NCBI GenBank assembly: GCA_046351325.1
Contig: JAXLYR010000002.1
Location: forward strand, 560,334-624,333
Length of the DNA: 64,000 nucleotides
Direction of reading: 5' to 3'
Source of the DNA: Polyangiaceae bacterium
GTDB taxonomy: Bacteria; Myxococcota_A; Polyangia; Polyangiales; Polyangiaceae
The notes beneath the pieces are model-generated. The model saw only the letters and a list, made by a program, of their open reading frames with translations, ran no database searches and was not told the origin of the DNA. The position numbers and the translations under genes are program-made. Below are positions 56,995 to 64,000 of this stretch, one piece after another. Position 1 is the first letter of the stretch, and every line of letters starts with the position of its first letter.

Positions 56995-58620
56995 TTACTC
57001 CGCGCCGCACCCGAGGACGGCGACGCCGAACTCGTTCTTGCCCTCCACCATCTCGCAGTCGGGCGCTCGACAGAAGTGCTCGCAGAACTCGCCAGTCGCG
57101 GCGGTGCAGCCGTGGGTGCCGCCGGGGATCGTCCACACGCAGCCGTCGCCTTTGCAGCTGACCTTGAGGTCATCGAACTCGCGGTCGCCCTGCGCGCACT
57201 CACGCACGCATACCCCGCTCGCGTCTTTGGTCAGGCCCTCGCGGCAAGCCGAGTCGAGATCCTTGCAGCCGCCCTCCTCTTCGAGCGCGCCGTCGGGACA
57301 GATTTTACGGCATTTGCCGTCGAAGCCCGCGGCCTGGCCCTCGGCGCAGTTCTCCACGAGGACATCGCTGTTGCGGCGCACGACCACGCTCGCGGCGACT
57401 TGGAGGTTCGCCTCGGCGGTGGGGAAGGAGATATAGCCATAGCCTGCGTCGCCCCACGCGCTGCCCCAGCTATTTCGGATCTCGAAATAGGACTTACCGC
57501 CGATGTTCTTGAAGCCCACGAGCAAGACCGCGTGCCCGAAATTCCGGCCCTCGTCGTAGTCCTCAATCACCCCACCCGGGAGCAGGTTCTGCGAATACCA
57601 GTTATCGCTCATCCGGAAGCCGACCATCAGGTCCTCTCCGTCGGCGATGGCGTGGGCCATCTGGTCGGCGGTGATGTGATCGTTGCCACCCTCGGGGCCG
57701 AGCTCGTGGACCGCGGCGACCTCGAAGGCGATCTTTCCGTCAAGGTCCTTGACCTTCGTCTCGTCGGGCGCCTCTTCGCCCTTGAGCCAGCCAGCCGCGA
57801 CCGTGGAGTCGTATTTGAAGCCCTCCGCGTCGGCGAGCTCCTCGAGCACCGTGCCGGTCTGCAGCGTGCGGATCGCGTCCTGGTATCGCGTCGTGTGGTA
57901 GTGCGAGAGAAAGTGCAGCTCGCTGAGGATGATGTGACTGCCGGTCTCGGCGGCGACCGCGCCCTCGAGCGCCGCGGTGCTCGCGAAGGAAATGCACGCG
58001 GGGGCGGACCCTTGGTTCTTGATCGAGCCGTAGCGCGCTCGATGGCTGATCTCGTCGGGGAGGGGACCCGCTGCGGCTTGCAAGTCGGCGCTCGGCGCGA
58101 CGCCCTTCGCGCCGAAGTCGCGTGATGGGTTCGTGTCTTCGGTCGCCTCTTCGCACTCGACGGCGATCCAGTCCGAGCCGTTGGGGAACCAATCGCAGAT
58201 GACCTTGCCGTCGGCCGCGCTCGGCGGGTGGTTGGCGGACGGTTTGCCGTCGGCGCCGCACTCGCCGGGATACACGCCGACGCCTGCGGGCACGAGATCG
58301 CAGACCCAATCACACGCGGGGTAGGTCTTGCCGTCGGTCCCGCAGTACTTGTCCGCGTTCTCGGTCGCGTCCTTCGCGCAGCCGGTCTTGCACTCGTCGT
58401 CGGTCTCTTCGTGCTTCGCCGCTGGTGAGGCGCCCGCAGCCGGTGCGCTCGATGGGGCGGTGCTGCTCGTCGCAGCGGTCGCTGAAGGCTTCGCGCTCGA
58501 GGTGGACGCCGCGCTCGAGGTGGTCGAGGTGCTCGACGTCGAACCGCTCTTCTTCTCGCCGCAGCTCGTGAGGGCGAGGATCACCAAGAACAAACGCGCG
58601 GATATCGGACGAGGCCCCAT
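56995..58620 (-). CDS. Secreted multidomain lipoprotein: Kazal-like domain + papain-like (C1) cysteine peptidase + Cys-rich C-terminal domain
   Basis: Lipobox LTSC. Kazal motif CGTDGKTYPACDWVC. C1 motifs NQGSAPACISFAS (Cys nucleophile), HAVLLVGF (His), NSWGSAWGDAGY. Confidence 0.7.
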   Translation of the reverse strand: MGPRPISARLFLVILALTSCGEKKSGSTSSTSTTSSAASTSSAKPSATAATSSTAPSSAPAAGASPAAKHEETDDECKTGCAKDATENADKYCGTDGKTYPACDWVCDLVPAGVGVYPGECGADGKPSANHPPSAADGKVICDWFPNGSDWIAVECEEATEDTNPSRDFGAKGVAPSADLQAAAGPLPDEISHRARYGSIKNQGSAPACISFASTAALEGAVAAETGSHIILSELHFLSHYHTTRYQDAIRTLQTGTVLEELADAEGFKYDSTVAAGWLKGEEAPDETKVKDLDGKIAFEVAAVHELGPEGGNDHITADQMAHAIADGEDLMVGFRMSDNWYSQNLLPGGVIEDYDEGRNFGHAVLLVGFKNIGGKSYFEIRNSWGSAWGDAGYGYISFPTAEANLQVAASVVVRRNSDVLVENCAEGQAAGFDGKCRKICPDGALEEEGGCKDLDSACREGLTKDASGVCVRECAQGDREFDDLKVSCKGDGCVWTIPGGTHGCTAATGEFCEHFCRAPDCEMVEGKNEFGVAVLGCGAE

Positions 58621-58663
58621 CGGCTCACGCTACGAGCACGCCGCGGACCCGGTCAAGGCGCGC

Positions 58664-59653
58664 TCAGCTGTCCTTCTTTCGCCGCGCGAGCTCTTCGCCG
58701 CGTAGGGTCGCGACCTCGACCTCGATGTCGACGTCGATCTCGACCTCCCACGGCGCATCGATCGGCGCCGCAGCCTTCTGCGGTCGCGTGGGGATCTCGG
58801 CGATCGCTCGCAAGACGGACCACATCTTCCCCACGCTCGCGAACCGATCGATCGCGTTCGGCGCGAGCGCCTTCTCCACCCACTCGTCGATGGCTGCGGG
58901 CAGCTCGGGGCGATCGCCGCGGAGGCTCGGGCGCGGCCCGCGCGTGACCGCGATGAGGAAGCGATCGATCGGCTGCTTGGGGTCGAACGGTGGTCGGCCC
59001 GCGAGCGCGCGGAACACCACCGCACCGAGCGAGTAGACGTCGATGCGGCGGTCGGCGTCCTTGGCTTTGCCGCGCCAGATCTCGGGCGCGATGTAAGCGG
59101 GTGAGCCCGCGACCATGCCCTCACGCGTGAGGGCGCTCGCGTTCAGATCCTTCGCCAGGCCGAAGTCGAGGAGGCGCACGCCGCCGCGGGTCATGCTGTC
59201 GAGGACGAAGATGTTCCCAGGCTTGACGTCGCGATGGATGATCCCGGCCTCGTGCGCAGCGTCGAGCGTCTCGGCGATCGGACCGAGCAGGTTGACGAGG
59301 CGCTTCAGCTCGATGCGCGCGCCGTGGTGCTCGAGCTCACCGAGGTAAGCCTCGAGGTCGCGCCCCGCGAGCAGCTCCATCACGATGTAGAGCTCGTCGC
59401 GTGAGGACTTCGCGAACGCGAAGATCTGCGCCGCGCTCGTGCCGCTCAGGGCGCCCATCGCGCGCGCCTCGCGGTGCATGCGCGTCTTGAAGTCGGGGTC
59501 TTGCGCGAGGTCGCTCGCGAGGCATTTGACAGCGACTTTGGACCCGAGCGTCTCGTCGACCGCGGCGTAGACCACCCCGTGTCCCCCGCGGCCGATAGTG
59601 CCGGTCACGCGATAGCGACCATCGATGCGCTCCCCGACTGCGTAGAGGCTCAT
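58664..59653 (-). CDS. Ser/Thr protein kinase
   Basis: GRGGHGVVY, VAVK, HRDVKPGNIF, DFG, APE. 43 bp upstream of the peptidase gene. Confidence 0.8.
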   Translation of the reverse strand: MSLYAVGERIDGRYRVTGTIGRGGHGVVYAAVDETLGSKVAVKCLASDLAQDPDFKTRMHREARAMGALSGTSAAQIFAFAKSSRDELYIVMELLAGRDLEAYLGELEHHGARIELKRLVNLLGPIAETLDAAHEAGIIHRDVKPGNIFVLDSMTRGGVRLLDFGLAKDLNASALTREGMVAGSPAYIAPEIWRGKAKDADRRIDVYSLGAVVFRALAGRPPFDPKQPIDRFLIAVTRGPRPSLRGDRPELPAAIDEWVEKALAPNAIDRFASVGKMWSVLRAIAEIPTRPQKAAAPIDAPWEVEIDVDIEVEVATLRGEELARRKKDS

Positions 59654-59750
59654 TCGTGGCTCTTGCTCCCGAAAATGCTGGTCAAGCTCCGTCATCCTAT
59701 CCGAGGACGCGTGCTCGCGCCCAACGAGCCGTGTAAGGATGCGCGCTCCC

Positions 59751-61283
59751 ATGGCGCTCTCGAAGCGGCTCGTGTCACCCGCGCTGCTCGCCTCGGTCTT
59801 CGTCATCGCGACGAGCGGCCTGGTCTATCAGCTCATCAGCGGCACGCTCGCGAGCTACGTCCTCGGCGACAGCGTCGCGCAGTTCAGCTTCGTCATCGGG
59901 CTCTATCTCTTCGCGATGGGGGTGGGCTCCTATCTGTCGAAGCTCCTCGAGCGGGATCTCTTGGTCCGCTTCGTCGAGGTCGAGCTCGCGATCGCGCTCG
60001 TGGGTGGTCTCTCGGCGCCGATCCTGTTTCGCGTCTACACGGCGTACGGCGCCTTTCGCACGGTGCTCTACGCGCTCGTGTTCGTCATCGGGACGCTCGT
60101 GGGGCTCGAGATCCCGCTGCTCCTGCGGCTGCTCACGTTCTCCCTCGACCTGAAGGAGCTCGTCGCGCGCGTGCTCACGGTCGACTACGTCGGTGCGCTC
60201 GTCGGCAGCGTGCTCTTCCCGAGCGTGCTCCTGCCCAAGCTCGGCATCCACCAAACGAGCTTGCTCGTCGGCGCCCTCAACGGGCTCGTCGCGCTGCTCG
60301 GTACGTTCCTCTTTCCGCTCGAGCCGCGCGTCGTCGTTCGCCTGCGCGCGACCGCGGCGCTCGTCCTCGCCGTCCTCGCGTCGGTCGCGATCTGGGTCGC
60401 CGACGTGGTGAAGTCGAGCGAGAGCCAGTACCTCGGCTCGCCGATCATTTACGTGATGCAGTCGCCTTATCAGCGGGTCGTCATCACACAGTCGAAGCAC
60501 GCGACGCGTCTCTTCTTGAACGGCAATTTGCAGTTCAGCAGCGAGGACGAGTACCGCTACCACGAGGCCCTCGTGCACCCACCGGTCGCGGCTTTCGGTG
60601 CGCCGCTGCATCGCGTCCTCGTGCTCGGTGGCGGCGACGGCCTCGCGGTTCGCGAGCTGCTCCGCTACCCGTCGATCGAGCGCATCGACCTCGTCGATCT
60701 GGACTCGGCGGTCACCGACTTCTTTCGCACGCACGAGCTCGGCGTGAAGCTCAACAGCGGCTCGCTCAACGACGCCCGCGTGCACGTGCGCAACGAGGAC
60801 GCCTTCCGCTTCCTCGACGAGACCGACGAGCTCCCGTACGACCTCGCGATCGTCGACTTCCCCGATCCGTCGAACTACTCGGTCGGCAAGCTCTACACCG
60901 ACACGTTCTATCGATTGCTCCGCGATCGCATCGGCGCGCGCGGCGTGATCGTCGTGCAGGCGACGTCGCCGGGGTACGCGCGCCAGACCTATTGGAGCGT
61001 CGTGCGCACCGTCGAAGCCGGCGGCTTCAAGGTCCTCCCCTATCACGCGTACGTGCCGAGCTTCGGCGACTGGGGCTTCGTCCTCGGCGGCGGCCCGGAG
61101 CTCGAGGTGCCGACGCAGGTCGCGACAGACACCTCCGCGCTTCGCTTTCTCGACGACGAGACGATGGCGAGCCTCTTCCGCTTTCCCAAGGATTTGGCTC
61201 GCGTCGAGGCCCCCATCAACCGCCTCAACGACCAGCGAATCGTGCCCATCTACACGACCGAGTGGGCCGAGTGGTCGCGGTAG
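59751..61283 (+). CDS. Spermidine-synthase-like aminopropyltransferase with an N-terminal polytopic membrane domain
   Basis: N-terminal half has about 7 TM helices. C-terminal VLVLGGGDGLAVRELL, DLVDLD, VDFPDP motifs. Confidence 0.75.
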   Translation: MALSKRLVSPALLASVFVIATSGLVYQLISGTLASYVLGDSVAQFSFVIGLYLFAMGVGSYLSKLLERDLLVRFVEVELAIALVGGLSAPILFRVYTAYGAFRTVLYALVFVIGTLVGLEIPLLLRLLTFSLDLKELVARVLTVDYVGALVGSVLFPSVLLPKLGIHQTSLLVGALNGLVALLGTFLFPLEPRVVVRLRATAALVLAVLASVAIWVADVVKSSESQYLGSPIIYVMQSPYQRVVITQSKHATRLFLNGNLQFSSEDEYRYHEALVHPPVAAFGAPLHRVLVLGGGDGLAVRELLRYPSIERIDLVDLDSAVTDFFRTHELGVKLNSGSLNDARVHVRNEDAFRFLDETDELPYDLAIVDFPDPSNYSVGKLYTDTFYRLLRDRIGARGVIVVQATSPGYARQTYWSVVRTVEAGGFKVLPYHAYVPSFGDWGFVLGGGPELEVPTQVATDTSALRFLDDETMASLFRFPKDLARVEAPINRLNDQRIVPIYTTEWAEWSR

Positions 61284-61293
61284 CTCGGCGACC

Positions 61294-62277
61294 TCAGCCG
61301 TCGTAGCGACCCGTCTCGCGCGCCCACGCGTTGTGCGCCATCACCCACGAGCGCGCGGCAGCGGCGCGAGCCCGATGTCGCGTCGAGCGCCTGCCGTTGA
61401 GCATCCGCGCGGCCAGCGAGTAGAAGTGCGCAGCCTCCTCGTCGTGGACGGACGCGGCTCGCTCCACCGCGTCGCCGAGCGTGGCGCGCTCCTGGTGCGC
61501 GACGACCGTCACCAAGTTCATGACCTCGCCGCTCGCGACCTCTCGACGAAAGGTGAAGAGGTCGTTCGCATAGCCGACGAGGCGTCCAGCGCGCTCCTCG
61601 AGCGTCGCGACGAGCGGAGCGGGTTCGGTGATGTCGCCGTGCGCGAGCTCGTGGATGACGAGCAAGAGCGGGATGCCCGAGGTCTGCGTGCGGATCGCTG
61701 CATAGGTCCTCGGCATGACCGGCGCTGCGCTCGCGCGCGGTCCGACCTCACGACCGAAGGCGTCGAAGAGCCTCGTGACGGCGACCCGCCAGCGTGCGAG
61801 CCAAGCCTCGCTCGCGATCGCCGAGAGGCGCCCGTAGATGTCGGCGCACGCGCTCACGGGGCCAGGTTCGGCGGTGATCGAGCGCGGCCTCGTCAGGGCG
61901 TCGACGATCTCGGCAGTCGCGCCCTCCTCGGAGTGGGACTCGAGCCAATCGTCGAGCAAACAGAAGAGCACCGTCCAATCCGAGGCGATCTGGACGATCG
62001 CCGCGGGCGCGTCGTACATCGCTCGCGCGACCAAGCGACCCACTCGGCTCGCGCGCAGCCGCGGCAGGCCGCGCTCTTCGGCGACGAGCCTATGCGAGAG
62101 CGCCCAGGTCACCGACGTCGCCTCGATGCGGTCGGCGTCGGGGTGCAGGCAGCGCGCCTCGGGAGCGAAGATGCCGCTCGTGCGGCTCGTGTCCCCTGCG
62201 GCGAGCTCTCGGGCGAGGCGCTCTACAGTGTTATCAGTGGATTCGATTCGGGCTTGGGCGGGACGCGAGGTTGTCAT
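61294..62277 (-). CDS. Class I terpene synthase/cyclase
   Basis: Asp-rich motif LLDDWLE and NSE/DTE motif NDLFTFRRE. About 327 aa, as expected for bacterial sesquiterpene cyclases. Confidence 0.7.
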   Translation of the reverse strand: MTTSRPAQARIESTDNTVERLARELAAGDTSRTSGIFAPEARCLHPDADRIEATSVTWALSHRLVAEERGLPRLRASRVGRLVARAMYDAPAAIVQIASDWTVLFCLLDDWLESHSEEGATAEIVDALTRPRSITAEPGPVSACADIYGRLSAIASEAWLARWRVAVTRLFDAFGREVGPRASAAPVMPRTYAAIRTQTSGIPLLLVIHELAHGDITEPAPLVATLEERAGRLVGYANDLFTFRREVASGEVMNLVTVVAHQERATLGDAVERAASVHDEEAAHFYSLAARMLNGRRSTRHRARAAAARSWVMAHNAWARETGRYDG

Positions 62278-62467
62278 GTCGAGCGCTACAGATTGCAGCG
62301 TCGATGCCAGGACGGTTTGCTAGGTGTTTTGCAGGGATTTTCGACGATCGATCGTGTGCGTTGCGCAGCTCCCAGCGCTGCGCACGGTTGCGCATTGAGC
62401 AAGGTGCGCGCAGCGAGAGGCTGCTCGGCCCTCGCGAACCCCTGGGGAACTGCACTACATTGCTCGA
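62278..62467. promoter_or_regulatory. Divergent intergenic region with a near-perfect palindrome
   Basis: TTGCGCAGC-TCCCAGC-GCTGCGCA at about 62345-62375, plus a third TTGCGCA copy. Confidence 0.3.
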
Positions 62468-63988
62468 GTGAAGCGCACGAACTTCGGACTCGGTGGGATC
62501 CTTCTTACGACTCTCGCGGCCGCGCTCGGCGTCGGCTGCGGTGACGACTCGACGGGCGGCGGCGGAACCGGCGCGACGGGGGGCACAGGCGGTAGCGGTG
62601 GTCAAGGCGGCACCGGCGTGACGACGACGACGCACACGTCCTCGACGAGCACGGGGATGGTCACGATGAGCAACGTCGGCGAGCCGTGTGAGATGGACGC
62701 GGACTGCGGCGACGGCGGGGTCTGCATCCCGCAGGTGACCTCGGGCTGGGCGAAGGGCTACTGCACCCAGCCCTGCATGGACGACTCCGAGTGCATCACA
62801 GGCGACACCTGCAACCTCGATATCCAGAGGTGCTTACATTCTTGTCAGAATGTCGGCGACTGCCGCGCGGGCTACGACTGTCTGCAGGCCTCGCAGACGG
62901 ACACCTCCACGACCTGCATTCCATATTGCTCGATGACCTCGGATTGCGCCGCGCCGGCCGAATGCATCACCGACACGATGAGCCAGCAGCTGGGCCTCTG
63001 CATCGAGGCCGAGCAATGCCAGGACACGCTGGACAACGACCTCGACAGCCTGCCCGATTGCGCCGATCCCGACTGCGCGGCCGACGCGATGTGCGTCGCC
63101 TTGGTCGACGCGGCGTGCGCGGCGTCGGCCCCGCTCGTCAGCCCGCTGAACGGGACGACCGTGGGGGGCAGCGCGCTCTTCGCCTCTCAGTGCGGCGCCT
63201 TCGTGTCGGGGCTCGGCGCCGAGCAAATTTACAGCATCTCCGTGCCGGGTCGCGGGCAGCTGCACGTCGAAGCGACGCCCATCGGCGGCTCGACGGACCT
63301 CGCTCTCTACGCTCGCGCGACCTGCGCGGACGCGGCGACGCTCGCGGATTGCTCGGACGACCCGCAGGACCCGGCCACGACCGAGGTGCTCGACATCGGC
63401 GCGCAAGCTGCGCAGGACTACACCGTCTTCGTCGACTCGTACCTCAACACGACGGAGGGCGCGTTCAGCCTGACCGCGACCTTCACGCCGGCGGTCTGCG
63501 GTGATGGAGCGATCACGCTGCCCGAGACCTGCGACGACTCGAACGAGATGGATGGCGACGGCTGCACCGCCAACTGCGACATCGACCTCGCGTTCTACTG
63601 CGCTCAGGCCACGTCGATCGGGCTCGGCGCGACGAACGGCACCACGATCGGCGGCACGAGCCTCTTCGAGGCCCCGCAAGACGCGGTCGAGTGCGCCTAC
63701 GGCACAGGTGGCGGCGGCAACGAGAAGCTCTACGTCTTCACCCCCGCGACGAGCGGGATGCTCACCGCGGCGCTCGCGCCGACGGGCGACTACGACATGG
63801 GGCTCTACGCACGGACCAGCTGCGCAGACGGCGCGACCCAAATCGGCTGCTCGGACGTCAACTTCACGACCGGCATGCAAACCGAGTCGCTCACGGTGCC
63901 CGTCACCGCCGGCGTCCCCGTCACGATCTTCGTCGACTCCTACCACAACGTCGGCGGAGCCTTCACGCTCACGCTCTCACAGAACTGA
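62468..63988 (+). CDS. Secreted lipoprotein with Cys-rich modules, including a Myxococcus-type disulfide repeat
   Basis: Signal LGVGCGDD then a Gly-rich linker. CGDGAITLPETCDDSNEMDGDGCTANC (TIGR02232-like). Confidence 0.65.
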   Translation: MKRTNFGLGGILLTTLAAALGVGCGDDSTGGGGTGATGGTGGSGGQGGTGVTTTTHTSSTSTGMVTMSNVGEPCEMDADCGDGGVCIPQVTSGWAKGYCTQPCMDDSECITGDTCNLDIQRCLHSCQNVGDCRAGYDCLQASQTDTSTTCIPYCSMTSDCAAPAECITDTMSQQLGLCIEAEQCQDTLDNDLDSLPDCADPDCAADAMCVALVDAACAASAPLVSPLNGTTVGGSALFASQCGAFVSGLGAEQIYSISVPGRGQLHVEATPIGGSTDLALYARATCADAATLADCSDDPQDPATTEVLDIGAQAAQDYTVFVDSYLNTTEGAFSLTATFTPAVCGDGAITLPETCDDSNEMDGDGCTANCDIDLAFYCAQATSIGLGATNGTTIGGTSLFEAPQDAVECAYGTGGGGNEKLYVFTPATSGMLTAALAPTGDYDMGLYARTSCADGATQIGCSDVNFTTGMQTESLTVPVTAGVPVTIFVDSYHNVGGAFTLTLSQN

Positions 63989-64000
63989 GCGCGGTCGGCG

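Noticed and set aside
1-64000. tRNA, rRNA or mobile-element genes
   Set aside because: No T-loop-like GGTTCGAATCC motifs, no low-GC structured RNA islands, and no transposase, integrase or recombinase-like ORFs were seen.

Overview
This is a high-GC (about 70%) chromosomal segment that looks myxobacterial (Polyangiaceae/Myxococcales-like): it has MYXO-CTERM sorting tails, many Cys-rich lipoproteins, Ser/Thr kinases fused to AAA+TPR, and a sigma-54 enhancer-binding protein. I call about 47 protein genes and find no rRNA, tRNA, CRISPR, transposase or integrase. Because of the GC content, most six-frame ORFs are antisense or Arg/Ser-rich artefacts; genes were chosen by recognisable domains or motifs, signal peptides, GC3 bias and operon geometry (4-nt ATGA/GTGA overlaps are frequent).

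Gene content in order:
- a DabB-DabA (DUF2309 plus NuoL-like) inorganic-carbon pump operon with a divergent LysR regulator
- an operon of lipoprotein, TM Cys-rich protein and a kinase-AAA-TPR STAND protein, divergent from a second AAA-TPR gene across an array of 40-bp hairpin tandem repeats
- a possible nucleotidyltransferase remnant interrupted by an in-frame TGA
- adenine deaminase coupled to a membrane protein
- an orphan T6SS cargo island: VgrG with a C-terminal peptidoglycan-binding-like extension, an LCAT-like lipase effector whose canonical nucleophile Ser is replaced by Gly, and an overlapping immunity gene
- a 1742-aa lipoprotein with about 20 tandem Cys-rich repeats, a Gly-rich spacer and a MYXO-CTERM tail
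- a Sel1/Hcp-like Cys-rich lipoprotein coupled to a small MYXO-CTERM protein
- a sigma-54 enhancer-binding protein (REC + CxxC-x4-CxxC knuckle) upstream of a DUF4388-like gene, a small outer-membrane beta-barrel and a pentaheme cytochrome c lipoprotein
- ArsM translationally coupled to a CorE-like ECF sigma factor with a Cys-rich tail
- a complete hpf-ptsN-hprK-rapZ-HPr-EI cluster extended by a lipoprotein and a YceI-like gene through chained GTGA overlaps
- a cluster of secreted Cys-rich proteins (CAP, Kazal-C1 peptidase) next to a second Ser/Thr kinase
- a membrane-anchored spermidine-synthase-like gene, a class I terpene synthase, and a TIGR02232-type Cys-repeat lipoprotein.
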